Shown: piece by piece, positions 1-12,789 of the stretch
Numbering within the stretch: position 1 is the stretch's first letter
Layout of the letters: every line of letters begins with the position of its first letter
From: Tubiluchus corallicola
Taxonomy: Eukaryota; Animalia; Priapulida
Length of the DNA: 64,000 nucleotides
Assembly: GCA_030141605.1 (NCBI GenBank)
Contig: JAQGDQ010000590.1
Location: forward strand, 1-64,000
Direction of reading: 5' to 3'
Position numbers and translations under genes: made by a program
The notes under the pieces: generated by a model
Databases searched by the model: none
What the model saw: only the letters and a program-made list of their open reading frames with translations
Told to the model about the DNA's origin: nothing

Positions 1-72
1 AAACCGGTCTCCCCCCTCCCCCCTCCCACATTTAACAGCAACTGAACAACATCGTATACCTGAACAACATAC

Positions 73-1783
73 CTGTTAAGAAAAAGATGAGATAGACAGG
101 TAGAAGCGGGATCCAGCAGCACCTGCGGATGACGCTTTCAGGACAGGTAAAATGTGACATTTCAGGTTCATCGAGATGTGAGTTTGCTGAAAAAAATGAG
201 CAAGTACACATAATACTCACAAGCAATTCTCGTAAATACTCACAAGTAATACTCATAATTCTCAAAAGTAATACTCATGATACTCACAAGTAATACTCAT
301 AATACTCACAAGTAATACTGATAATACTCGCAAGTAACACTCATAATTCTCAAAAGTAATACTCATAATACTCACAACCAATAGTCATAATACTCACAAG
401 TAATATTCATGGTACTCACAAGTAATACTCATAATACTCACAAGTAATACTCATAATACTCACAAGTAATACTCATAATTCACACAAGTAATACTGATGA
501 TACTCACAAGTATTACTTATAAGAAGAAGAAGAAGAAGAAGAACAAGAACAACAACAACAACAACAATAACTGCAATGATGACGATAGTACTCGCTTTTA
601 CCCCTGTCTATCTCCAACTTTGCCCGTTTAACCTGACCTCTGACGGGATTATTCCCTCTCTTCTTCTTTCTACTTTCCCTCTCGTCATCAGATTCTGAGC
701 CGCTGTTTATGGGATCGGTCAGTTTGGCCTGCTCGCTGGTCAGCATTTTGTAGTTGGCTTTGCCGTCGTGTCTTGGAGGCACCCTGGACATCATGTGAGA
801 TTCAATGTTGGAGTTGAAGAAGAGGAGACCCAGATAGGGGAGATAGAGGAACACCATTATCGACGCCTCATACCTGTAAACCAACCAATCACAAGTTAGT
901 AAATTAAAGGAAGACCAGGTGATTGTTTAGACACAATCTCATTCTAATTTACTGTCCAAAATATACATCTCTGTGCCTATAAAAGTCAGCAATTGTTTCT
1001 TATATTTGAATAATTGGCTTAGGAAGTTAATTAACGGCAACCGAACACAGCTATTGCTTACGTCAGGAAGTAACCACAGATTGTGCAATGGCAGGCATCT
1101 TCCCTTGCACGTCAAACACGTTTGCGTAAGTATTACTGCTTAAACGCTTGATGTCACGAAAATGGGCCCTACGTCAAATGATGTCAGAAACTAACACTTG
1201 TCTATTTTGCCAAAAGCCTCATCTGCACTATGAATGTAATGGTGCATTCAGACTAGTGCGTTTTCTGTCGCAGGTTTTCACTCTGGCAGCAAACCCGCAA
1301 GTGTGAATTGCTTAGCGAGTTACTGTCGGCAAGTTAATGCAAACTCTCCAACAGTTACTGTGAGTTGGTATATTGTCTAGTGTGAACGTCTTGTCTAGTT
1401 ACTCTGGACACTTCTCGCAGTGAATAAAGAGAGTGTCAGGTCATGATTACTATCAGAGAGTAACTCGCAAGTAAGTTTTGCTTTCTAGTTTGATTACGCT
1501 TGCTAATTACTTCTCGAGTTTACTTGGCAAGAAACTCGATAGTATGAACATGCCATATCTTTTCGTCTATTTTGTACCTTTCATTGTTCAATTCTAGTTA
1601 CACGCCACAAACAGTTTCTTGAAAAGCATCCATAAGTGCGCGGATCTTAATTAGCATTATCCATGCGTCTGTATACACTTACCACGTGACAATGCCGTCG
1701 TATATAACAACCAGCAGCGCCACCAACGTCACGGAATAAAAACAGCTGTCTCTGATCGTGGGCCACCAAGACAAATTAATTAT
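73..1783 (-). CDS. SLC24: Inverted duplicate of three SLC24/NCKX-like exons (1783-1683, 873 to about 602, 186-73); partial copy, functional status unknown
   Basis: Mirror of exons 5996-6096, 6906-7177, 7587-7700 with intact splice sites; same translation (IINLSWWPTIRDSCFY..., WYEASIMVFLY..., NSHLDEPEMSHF...). Confidence 0.7.
225..515. repeat. 22-bp minisatellite (gtaatactcataatactcacaa)n; mirrored at about 7258-7560
   Basis: Direct inspection of tandem units. Confidence 0.9.
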
Positions 1784-4700
1784 CTGCAATCAATTAAAAT
1801 TAGTATTTCTCATTAGTCTCTAGGCCAGCCATCTTTGACATTAAGACAAAGAGTTCATTAGTTAAAACAATAGTTGCAAAAGTAGTATGCCTCATTAGTC
1901 TCTAGGTCAGCCAATTTTGACTATAAAACATAGAGTTCACTAGTTAAAACAATAATTTAATTGAAGTAATATAATATTTAATTAATAACTAAGATAAGTA
2001 ATTAATACAAAATAAAGACAATTTCGCAAAAGTTAAATTACAGCAGTGTGTTGTGTTTACAGCGGTAAATTGTATAATGTGGCGCCATCTAGCGGTGGAT
2101 TATGAGTGCTTGACTGAGAAATGTGTTTCAGCAATATATGTATAATTGTAATTATTATGCCTAAAGCAAGAAATTAATAATTCGCATATTTTGTAAAATG
2201 GGCGCGTTTTATAAGTCAAAGAAATCTTAATGAATAAATCAAGATAAAAATTAAATAGAAGTAAACTTACATCGTTGCGGCATATATCTAATGATAAATT
2301 TCGTTAGCTTGCACAAGACATATGCATATGTTCACATAAACTACAGAACAACATCATGAAAACATAACTGGGTCAATGCCCGCACTTTTAAAGTTTCCTG
2401 CTAGATGGAGCTGCCCTGGCTACAAAATTAAAATTTATTAAGTCAGGTTCAGACTGGCCTTAATAGCATGTACACTTCTAAAGAATTTGCACACAAATGT
2501 TTAGTATATATATATATATATATATATATATACTAATACACTAATACATATATATATATATATGTACTAATATATATCTATATATGAAATTGTGCACTGT
2601 TTTATACACGCTTTAAGCTTAAGCACAGTATAGCGACAGAGGCAATTTATATTTATACAAAAATACATTTTCATATAACTTGCTCTAGTGCTTCATTAGT
2701 TTTGAAATTAATTAAAGACTATAAACCACGCATGTGTCAATTTCCCGTTTTACAAAACCTGCTGCAGTTGTTACTGTTAATTTCTTATTCTTACAAGTGT
2801 AACACACCACAAACGTTTGTCTGTCGCTGATTCTCTAGCAGCAACACACCACAAGCAGTTGTCTGACGCGGTTCTGTAAAAGACTTGTCGCACCATCTCC
2901 CGTTACATAGTTATTATTAAACAAAAGAAACTTATAAATATTTTTGCAATCGTTCACCATGTGATGGACGATTACTTTCAAATTTCAAAAGTATCGCATT
3001 ATTATCAAATTTCGAATTTTCGTAATGCTGCGATTTAATTTAATTGTGAGAGATTTCCTTGTTTTAATGGCAAATTAGGCTGTTGAGAGAGAGAGGAGGA
3101 AAGAGAGATAGGGAGAAAGAGGCTACTCTATTACAAAAAATCAATTAATTTATTCTAGTGATTTATGGCTCTTAGATTTAAAAGCATGAAAATTTCTCTG
3201 CTCTAGCTACAGTAACAAAAAGCTAACTGTTTGACAGTGTCATTTGCTTTGTACACTAAGAAAAGCCTATTTTATTGACAAATTCAGCAAAGACATATCA
3301 TATAGAACAGTTTCTCTCGATGAACGAGAGGCATCATTACATGAAATATAATGTTAGTGTGATATTAATTGCAATCGTGAATATTTACATGTGTTTGAAA
3401 ATTAATTAAAGACTAGCAAAGGCCCCGCAAAAAATTGCTTATAAATCCACTGATAATCAACAATGCGCGAACATCTTACCTAGTGTTCGTTTATTTTTTT
3501 AACGCGAAGCAAGCAGCTTTTACTGAATTACAGGTATAGACAGAGTATAATAGATGACGTCAGAACAATGGCTTTGCGTCAGCAGTTTTCCAAGCGAAAA
3601 TTGCCATAAATAGAACATCTAATCTCTTCCTCGGCACTCCTCTTGGTGGACGTGTCCTAAAATATAGCCCTGTTCTTCTTCTTTCCAAAGAGCTATATAT
3701 CTCCTTTCGAGAGTCCCACCAGGCACCACTAGAACGTTTTTTCTACAGGCTGTTTGGTCAAAATTTCGAAAAAATCGGCAGCGGGTCCCGGAAAATGATC
3801 ATTATTTTCACAAACTTTATTAAGTTTGTACAAATATTTGGCTTTGTTTACAGTAAGTTGGGTCATAACAGAATTGAGATCTTCAACATAGTCAGCATAT
3901 TAAGCTTCGGGACATTCAAAAACAGCTTGAGGAACAGTTTGAATAACATTAACTACGTTAATTAAAGTTTAGTAAAGTTGTGTTTTTAAGTGTATTTAAA
4001 AAATATAAATGTTTTGAAGTGCTTGTAAATGTTTAAAAATACGGATTGGGTTGCAAATGTTGCGGTCTGTGGAGTAGTACTGTTCTTTTGTCTGTGCATC
4101 GCTTTTCTCAACGCCCAACTTTATAAAGTTTATTAAAAAATGAGAATTTTAGCTTTTGCTGTTAATTTCTTATTGTCATAAAAATACACGCGTGTTAAAT
4201 GTCCATTTCACAAAATCTGCACTCAGTTGTTATAGTTGAAATCTTATTTCTATAAAAATATGTCCCTTTTACAAAGTGTGCGTATTTTTAATTTTTTGCA
4301 TTTTAAAGACAGACGCGATTTTAAAGTCGAATGAATTATAATTTTATCAGCACATTTAAACGTAACAATTGTATTATGAAATCATTTTTCTATTGTAATA
4401 TACAGCCAAGTGCTCAGAAACCACTATGTGATATGCCGCGCTAATCACTGTAATACACCACAGACAGTTGTACGTCAGTCATTCTAGAGCAACACACCAC
4501 AAATAGTTATCTGGCTCTGCGCTATAAATAACGTATCAGCTCGGTTTCTCTAACATACGAAAGTTTATATATAATAAATTGATAAATATTTTTGCAATCG
4601 TTCACGATGTGCTGGACGATTATTTTCACAATTCAAAGATATCGTATTCAAATTTTTTATTTAATATTCGTAATCCAGCCTGTCGCAGAAACATAACAAA

Positions 4701-4811
4701 AAACATTAGTTTTTCAGTGAACATGTTATTCTAATTGGTAAAATGTCGCTGACTTACCCTCCAGGAGCAAAACCCGCATTTTTAATCTTATTGACAAGAT
4801 ACAGTAATATG

Positions 4812-5460
4812 AAGGTCAAGAAAAGAGTCACCTGAAGTGGGTCTCAGAAAAATCGCCTTAAAAATTATATTACTTTATAGCAATTTTATGCATATATCGT
4901 ACTCACTTAAAAGGAATTTTTGTTGTTTTCATTTAAAATCTCTCACAACACTGTTCCGACAGCGCCATTACATGACGTCACTGCGCCACATAAATCAGGA
5001 GAAGAAAAGTAAATGTTAAATTATGACTCAAAAAAATTTTCCGTGCAAATCTTTTCGCTTACCTATTGGAAAGACTCATGTAACTAGAAAAGAAAATTAT
5101 TAATTATTTAAAATAATTAGTCCAATTGGTAAAATGTCGTTAACTCACCCTCCAGGGTGCGCGACTCACTTGCCAAAAACGTATTTTAATCTTATTGACA
5201 AGACACAATAATTTAAAATTTTATTTAATTAGCAACATGTGTGCTATGAATGCTCTGATTATTTTTTCAAACTTTACTTAATGTTATCAAAACTCGTTTC
5301 AAACGACCTACGATTAAAATGGCTGCGCCTAACAGTCATCGCGCAAGTTTAAATTTTTAAGTTTTATACAGCGTTGCTGTCGATGCAAGCCATGCATGCA
5401 AAAAAGCAGCATGTATGTGGTATAAAATTTTAAGACGAATTTTTTAAGCTTCATGTAAGT
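4812..5460 (-). mobile_element. Family X element, inverted copy
   Basis: Reverse-complement similarity to 12790-13459 (e.g. aatcttattgacaaga, tgtaactagaaaagaaaatt, aaaatcgccttaaaa). Confidence 0.7.
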
Positions 5461-5995
5461 GGAGGGTTTTCTTATGCTTCAAGATATTCCAATTAAAAAT
5501 ACATACATGATGATTGTTCTTTGTACAAAATCTGCAGTCGGCTGTTATACTTAATTTCTTTGACTTATAAAACGCGCCCATTTTACAAAATATGCGAATT
5601 ATTAATTTCTTGCTTTAGGCATAATAATTACAATTATACATATATTGCTGAAACACATTTCTCAGTCAAGCACTCATAATCCACCGCTAGATGGCGCCAC
5701 ATTATACAATTTACCGCTGTAAACACAACACACTGCTGTAATTTAACTTTTGCGAAATTGTCTTTATTTTGTATTAATTACTTATCTTAGTTATTAATTA
5801 AATATTATATTACTTCAATTAAATTATTGTTTTAACTAGTGAACTCTATGTTTTATAGTCAAAATTGGCTGACCTAGAGACTAATGAGGCATACTACTTT
5901 TGCAACTATTGTTTTAACTAATGAACTCTTTGTCTTAATGTCAAAGATGGCTGGCCTAGAGACTAATGAGAAATACTAATTTTAATTGATTGCAG

Positions 5996-6096
5996 ATAAT
6001 TAATTTGTCTTGGTGGCCCACGATCAGAGACAGCTGTTTTTATTCCGTGACGTTGGTGGCGCTGCTGGTTGTTATATACGACGGCATTGTCACGTG
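5996..6096 (+). CDS. SLC24: SLC24/NCKX-like exchanger, internal exon (IINLSWWPTIRDSCFYSVTLVALLVVIYDGIVTW)
   Basis: ttgcag acceptor, gtaagt donor; LxWWPxxRDxxFY motif characteristic of NCKX proteins. Confidence 0.9.
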
Positions 6097-6905
6097 GTAA
6101 GTGTATACAGACGCATGGATAATGCTAATTAAGATCCGCGCACTTATGGATGCTTTTCAAGAAACTGTTTGTGGCGTGTAACTAGAATTGAACAATGAAA
6201 GGTACAAAATAGACGAAAAGATATGGCATGTTCATACTATCGAGTTTCTTGCCAAGTAAACTCGAGAAGTAATTAGCAAGCGTAATCAAACTAGAAAGCA
6301 AAACTTACTTGCGAGTTACTCTCTGATAGTAATCATGACCTGACACTCTCTTTATTCACTGCGAGAAGTGTCTAGAGTAACTAGACAAGACGTTCACACT
6401 AGACAATATACCAACTCGCAGTAACTGTTGGAGAGTTTGCATTAACTTGCCGACAGTAACTCGCTAAGCAATTCACACTTGCGGGTTTGCTGCCAGAGTG
6501 AAAACCTGCGACAGAAAACGCACTAGTCTGAATGCACCATTACATTCATAGTGCAGATGAGGCTTTTGGCAAAATAGACAAGTGTTAGTTTCTGACACCA
6601 TTTGACGTAGGGCCCATTTTCGTGACATCAAGCGTTTAAGCAGTAATACTTACGCAAACGTGTTTGACGTGCAAGGGAAGATGCCTGCCATTGCACAATC
6701 TGTGGTTACTTCCTGACGTAAGCAATAGCTGTGTTCGGTTGCCGTTAATTAACTTCCTAAGCCAATTATTCAAATATAAGAAACAATTGCTGACTTTTAT
6801 AGGCACAGAGATGTATATTTTGGACAGTAAATTAGAATGAGATTGTGTCTAAACAATCACCTGGTCTTCCTTTAATTTACTAACTTGTGATTGGTTGGTT
6901 TACAG

Positions 6906-7177
6906 GTATGAGGCGTCGATAATGGTGTTCCTCTATCTCCCCTATCTGGGTCTCCTCTTCTTCAACTCCAACATTGAATCTCACATGATGTCCAGGGTGC
7001 CTCCAAGACACGACGGCAAAGCCAACTACAAAATGCTGACCAGCGAGCAGGCCAAACTGACCGATCCCATAAACAGCGGCTCAGAATCTGATGACGAGAG
7101 GGAAAGTAGAAAGAAGAAGAGAGGGAATAATCCCGTCAGAGGTCAGGTTAAACGGGCAAAGTTGGAGATAGACAGGG
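6906..7177 (+). CDS. SLC24: SLC24/NCKX-like exon (WYEASIMVFLYLPYLGLLFFNSNIE... plus cytoplasmic loop); 3' donor uncertain
   Basis: tacag acceptor in the phase completing the Trp codon from the previous exon; WYE..Y..Y...FN motif. Several phase-1 donors possible (7141, 7177, or a GC donor at 7183). Confidence 0.8.
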
Positions 7178-7586
7178 GTAAAAGCGAGTACTATCGTCAT
7201 CATTGCAGTTATTGTTGTTGTTGTTGTTGTTCTTGTTCTTCTTCTTCTTCTTATAAGTAATACTTGTGAGTATCATCAGTATTACTTGTGTGAATTATGA
7301 GTATTACTTGTGAGTATTATGAGTATTACTTGTGAGTATTATGAGTATTACTTGTGAGTACCATGAATATTACTTGTGAGTATTATGACTATTGGTTGTG
7401 AGTATTATGAGTATTACTTTTGAGAATTATGAGTGTTACTTGCGAGTATTATCAGTATTACTTGTGAGTATTATGAGTATTACTTGTGAGTATCATGAGT
7501 ATTACTTTTGAGAATTATGAGTATTACTTGTGAGTATTTACGAGAATTGCTTGTGAGTATTATGTGTACTTGCTCATTTTTTTCAG

Positions 7587-7700
7587 CAAACTCACATCTC
7601 GATGAACCTGAAATGTCACATTTTACCTGTCCTGAAAGCGTCATCCGCAGGTGCTGCTGGATCCCGCTTCTACCTGTCTATCTCATCTTTTTCTTAACAG
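7587..7700 (+). CDS. SLC24: SLC24/NCKX-like exon (NSHLDEPEMSHFTCPESVIRRCCWIPLLPVYLIFFLT)
   Basis: tttcag acceptor, ag|gtatgt donor, phase 1-1; resembles the W..xxP....xT segment preceding PDC in NCKX. Confidence 0.85.
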
Positions 7701-7966
7701 GTATGTTGTTCAGGTATACGATGTTGTTCAGTTGCTGTTAAATGTGGGAGGGGGGAGGGGGGAGACCGGTTTATTCTTTTCTACCGACGTTATGGTTTAT
7801 CAAGGAATTTAGTTTGAGGATAAACAACGCATTTTTCAAAGTTATGAAACAGGTGATGACTATCTTTGGTTTATCTTTTCGTAATTTGCACTTAAATGAG
7901 TTAATTGCCAATTTATTCAAAGTAATGCATCTACATTTCACTTACCTAAGTCACATTTGAACTTTC

Positions 7967-8660
7967 CTGTATTGCATTGTATTGTATTGCATTGCATTGC
8001 ATTGTATTGTATTGTATTGTATTGTATTGTATTGTATTGTATTGTATTGTATTGTATTGTATTGTATTGTATTGTATTGTATTGTATTGTATTGTATTGT
8101 ATTGCATTGCATTGCATTGCATTGCATTGCATTGTATTGTATTGTATTGTATTGTATTGCATTGCATTGCATTGCATTGCATTGCATTGCACTGCACTGC
8201 ACTGCACTGCACTGCACTGCACTGCACTGCATTGCATTGCATTGTATTGCATTGCATTGCATTGCATTGCATTACATTATATTACATTACAATATATTAT
8301 ATTATATTATGTTATGTCATGTTATGTTATGTTATGTTATGTTATGTTATGTTATGTTATGTTATGTTATGTTATGTTATGTTATGTTATGTTATGTCAT
8401 GTCATGTCATGTCATGTCATGTCATGTCATGTCATGTCATGTCATGTCATGTCATGTCATGTCATGTCACGTCACGTCACGTCACGTCACGTCACGTCAC
8501 GTCACGTCACGTCACGTCACGTCATATCATATCATAGCATAGCATAGCATGTCATGTCATGTCATGTCATGTCATGTCATACCATACCATACCATACCAT
8601 ACCATATCATATCATATCATATTATATATTACATTACATTACATTATATTATATGGTATT
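7967..8660. repeat. Compound pentanucleotide microsatellite (TGTAT, TGCAT, TGCAC, TACAT, TGTTA, TGTCA, CGTCA, CATAG, CATAC blocks)
   Basis: Direct inspection; generates six spurious ORFs. Confidence 0.97.
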
Positions 8661-8896
8661 ACATCACCGCTCTGTTCACAATGTTCTGCTTGTTGAAAAC
8701 GCTGGTTTTCTACTGTACTACCTTACGTGACGTCACTAAGTGCCATGGCGGGCGACACAGTACAAACGGCGCTTAATTTAACTTTCCTTTTCACATAAAA
8801 GTACGCGTCGGAACTGTTTTAAAAATTTGCGATTCCACCTACACTATAAAATGTAACATAAATTAGTGTAATTGGACCTTTAATATTTTGTTTTAG

Positions 8897-9010
8897 TACC
8901 AGACTGTAGAAAAGTAAGATGGCGGAACAGGAGCGGTCTTACCTACTTCATATCACTTTTCTGGATGTCAGGATTGTGTTACATAATCACGTGGCTCATC
9001 ACTTTCACAG
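8897..9010 (+). CDS. SLC24: SLC24/NCKX-like exon (VPDCRKVRWRNRSGLTYFISLFWMSGLCYIITWLITFT)
   Basis: ttttag acceptor, ag|gtaaca donor, phase 1-1; PDCR..W motif of the NCKX3/4/5 type. Not in ORF track. Confidence 0.88.
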
Positions 9011-10012
9011 GTAACATTCGTACATGTAATAATTACCAACGTGAAAGGTGACAACATGGAAGAGTGGTCTACAGTAACGGCTCATGTTAGGCCATAGAGA
9101 GTGCTTGAGTGGTTGATATTGTAACGTTACTGGGTTGTCGCCGCCAGGGGTCTGATTGGTGGCTCCGCTGGTCGGTTGGTTCCCTCGTATTTCGGAGAAC
9201 AAGTAGTCCGGGTTCACTGTCAGGGTGATGCAAACTTTATAGAATCAGACACATATTTGTTAACGTAAACTTGCCAATAAGCTTGTCCTGTGTCCTTCAT
9301 GCTTGGTGCATCTACGGAACAGGTGCTGTGATGGTAAACACACCTGTCCGTTTACCTGCTGAATCGACGAGGCCATTCCATAGCGACGGTATTCAGCGCC
9401 ACTATACAAGGCTTCGTATGGACGAGACCACAACAATGTAGAGGAGTGGGTCGAAAATAAATGACATTTCGCCCCGTAGCTATTTGTTTGGTTCGATGAA
9501 GTGCTTGGCCGACTTTTGTGGTTTTGGTGGTAGTGTGTGGTTTTGGACTGATTGGTTCTCAGACATTATAAACAGAGGTCAATTAGAACTCAGAGAAATG
9601 TTAGGGTTAGGGTTACATGTTACTGTACGCTACCCCAATATTCACATTCAATGCATTTTCAATACTTTGTACTAAAGGTACTGAAAGTACTTTGTACGAG
9701 AAGTACTTTCAATATAATTCTAGCTAAAATCATTAATTTCCTGCTAAGAGTTGCTACATTCATACAGCATCCAATGGCAATTGCAGCGTCAACACGTGTA
9801 CTTCTGGGATTTGTCTGGTAAACTAGAACGTGTATTGATTTTTAACAGTATGAAACGAAAAACTTCATTTTCAGGAAACACAGAATTTGGCTAGTCATTG
9901 TTCTGGCAAATCTTCGCTGATTTAATTTTTAGTAAAATTCTAATCGACGGCATTTTGTGAAAGCTCTAATTTAGGATAATTAAAAACCATAATGGTTCTT
10001 TTATATAAACAG

Positions 10013-10114
10013 GATTTGTACTGAAGATTCCGGACACAGTTCAGACATTGACACTTGGATCAGCTGCAAGCTGTTTTGTTGGAACCGTGGCCTGCGTACT
10101 TGTCATACGAGACG
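10013..10114 (+). CDS. SLC24: SLC24/NCKX-like exon, first half of alpha-2 repeat (GFVLKIPDTVQTLTLGSAASCFVGTVACVLVIRD)
   Basis: aacag acceptor, g|gtgagt donor, phase 1-1; aligns ungapped to IPDxxMGLTxLAAGTSxPDxxxSVxVARxG. Confidence 0.88.
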
Positions 10115-10417
10115 GTGAGTACAATACAGGCCTAGGCCTACTTACTTCACAAAACTACGTGCATTACGACGCACTAGTTTACTCCCATCCATCTCTATTG
10201 TGGATTTATGGTTGTTTATATACGAATCGGAACAAACAATTACCTGAGGTGTATTTCTGTACTCATGACCCTATTATGACCTTTTGGGGTCCCTAGGCTA
10301 ACGAAATTATGGGTCCTCCTCAGGTGGACCCGCCCTCTAATGTACTTGCACTTGTCTCGAATATTTTTACTTGCGTTAATTTTAGCAACATTTGCATAAC
10401 CGAGTGACCAATATTTC

Positions 10418-10645
10418 AAATAAAGGGCTTCAAAGAGAGGCCATTGTCTTAAATAAAGGGACTCAACAAGGACCCTTTTCTCAATTAAAGGGCTTCAAAG
10501 AGGGGCCCTTATCTTAAATAAAGGGACTTAACAAGGACCCTTTGCTAAAATAAAGGGCTCCAAAGAGGGGCCCTTATCTTAAATAAAGGGACTCAACAAG
10601 GACCCTTTTCTAAAATAAAGGGCTTCAAACAAGGATCCTTTATCT
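10418..10645. repeat. About 35-bp degenerate tandem repeat (aaataaagggcttcaaagagggg.../aaataaagggactcaacaaggacc...)
   Basis: Alternating units visible by eye. Confidence 0.8.
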
Positions 10646-11234
10646 CAAATGACGAACCACTTTAAAATTGGATTTTCACATTTAATGATCCCCCTTTAAA
10701 TATAGAACTTTTTTTCTAAATTATGTGAATTATTCAGCAGTCCAAGGCATGGGCCCCTCAAGCTTGGGGGAGTTAAACGGGCACCAGCGCCTGCATTTTG
10801 GAAACACTTAGCACAAAAACAGCTGCTGTACCTACCAGTTCAGATGTGTTAGTTTGCGACAAACAACACACGTTAGACAGCTCATGCGTGAGCACAGCAG
10901 TTAATTTGAAATGTGAATTTGTATCTTAAAATATCTTTATCTTAATCACTGAATATCTTACAGTAACACTGTACTTCAATTTTCACTTTCACAAACAGGT
11001 GCAACACGGTCGTGGAATTCACTGTTAAAAATTATGTTAGTTTGTGATGTCATGAACAGATGGGCTCGCCTGCCGCTAATTAAGTTTTTAATCTTTTATT
11101 TAACTATCGGAAACGCTTTTCAAGTATTATAGGTGTTAACATGTATACTTGTTACCATACTTGAAAATGGTGTGGTACAGTATATGAAAAATCACCCCGT
11201 CTTCCTTTAAACTAACACGATAGCTGTTTCATAG

Positions 11235-11369
11235 GTTTTGGTGATATGGTGATGTCTGGAATTTTTGGAAGCAACATTTTCCGAACTCTCCTTGGTATCG
11301 GGCTGCCATTTCTTTTGCACATTTTGCTAAACCACACAGACAACATAGAGGAAAAATTGAAGCTGACAG
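11235..11369 (+). CDS. SLC24: SLC24/NCKX-like exon, second half of alpha-2 repeat (GFGDMVMSGIFGSNIFRTLLGIGLPFLLHILL...)
   Basis: catag acceptor, ag|gtaaga donor; GxGDM....GSNIF motif. Confidence 0.9.
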
Positions 11370-12582
11370 GTAAGAGCACTCATCGTCAGTATTACATGAT
11401 TGCAGCTGATGATGATGATGTTAATGATGATACTGATGAGTGTGATGATCTCTAATTACTGATGATGGCAACATCGATAAAGATGATAATGATAAAAATG
11501 ATGAGTGTGATGATCTCTAATTACTGATGATGGCAACATCGATAAAGATGATGATAAAAATGATGATTGTGATGATCACTGATTACTGATGACGATGACA
11601 ACGATAAAGATGATGATAAATATGATGAGTGTGATGATCTCTGATTAGTGATGGTGTTGATGGCGATAACGTACATGTCTGTGATGACCACAGTGAGCTG
11701 ACGATCAGGGTTTCCCAAGAATTTTATACTAAATTTCCCTGACATTTCCACGACTTTTCATGAGAGCCTGTATTTTCAAGGATTTCCCAGGATGTTTCCT
11801 GACCGTGTAACCCTTACGATATAATTACTGACAATGATGATAATGAGTTGAACAGATGAATGTGTATTGCACTTAGGCACCAGGCCAACCAACCTACAGG
11901 TAATGCTGTGATTTCCACTTTAAACTAGGAAGCCCATAACGTTGCCTGCAATTGGTTGAGCAGTGATTTCCTGTAAAAAAACGAACACGTGACATATACA
12001 TATATATTTATTAATTTAAATATTTATTAATTATATAAGAATTATTACCACACAAATGCAATTTCACGGTCGTGCAAACTAGTTCTTCGCTGTTACACGC
12101 ATTTCACCATTCGTTAGTTGGACGGGCACTAGCGCCTGCATTTCGAAAATGCATTGTACAGAAAACAGGTGCTAGACCTCTCAGTTCAGATGTGTTAGTT
12201 TGTGACGAACTGCACATGTTCTGACAGCACGTTCAACTTCCCTCTAACCACTAATACTTCCGGTCTTTCGTTTGCTTAACCCTTTTCACTCCCCTTTAAT
12301 TCTGGCAGGCAAACGGAATATTATTTATTTTGTGTACTATGTAGAAATTGAGTGTTTTTTGGAAGATTTTTTTAAAAATATTTTGCTCGAAGTGAAAATA
12401 AATATTACATTACATTACGCTACGTTACGAGAATGCGAAATCATCGCCCATAAATGTGGAGCATCGAGAACCTTGAATACAGTACAGTATAGTAGCCTAA
12501 TTCCAGACCATCTACTCAATTTCTTAGACCATTGTCTTGTTTTAACTAAACTAACGTTTAATGTTTAACATCTCTATTCCAG

Positions 12583-12764
12583 ATTTAATCTACATGTCTG
12601 TAACCATGCTGGTGGCGCTGATGTTGTTGTTGTCGACAATCATTATCAATTCATGGAGACTCAATCGATGCACGGGAAGCTTCCTGTTCGTGTTTTACGT
12701 AGTTTTCCTGGTTTTGGCCAATCTGTACCAACTTGGTTATTTCGAGTTGATAGCTAAAAACTAG
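12583..12764 (+). CDS. SLC24: SLC24/NCKX-like terminal exon (last two TM helices; ...NSWRLNRCTGSFLFVFYVVFLVLANLYQLGYFELIAKN*)
   Basis: ttccag acceptor, phase 1; WxLxxxxG...Y motif typical of the NCKX C-terminus; TAG stop. Confidence 0.88.
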
Positions 12765-12789
12765 CAACGTTCTGAGGGAAGGGAATTAA

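Larger units (their letters stand above)
1..2225 (-). repeat. Left arm of a long inverted duplication (reverse complement of 5554-7772); runs off the left window edge
   Basis: Base 1 onward (aaaccggtct...) is the reverse complement of ...agaccggttt ending at 7772; identity continues to 2225/5554. Differences seen: substitutions at 1181/6598, 1361/6418, 1406/6373 and a 6-nt (AGA)n length difference. Mirrored ORFs 32-265/7508-7741 and 513-884/6895-7260. Confidence 0.97.
5554..7772 (+). repeat. Right arm of the long inverted duplication
   Basis: See left arm; 2219 bp vs 2225 bp, 3.3 kb unique spacer 2226-5553. Confidence 0.97.

Noticed and set aside
2226-5553. 5' (alpha-1) exons of the SLC24 gene in the spacer
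   Set aside because: No GATFMAAG/SAPE/GSAVFN-like coding found on either strand by eye; mostly repeat fragments.
7938-8776. Cys/His-rich ORFs (CIVLY, CHVMS repeats)
   Set aside because: Translation of a pentanucleotide microsatellite inside an SLC24 intron.
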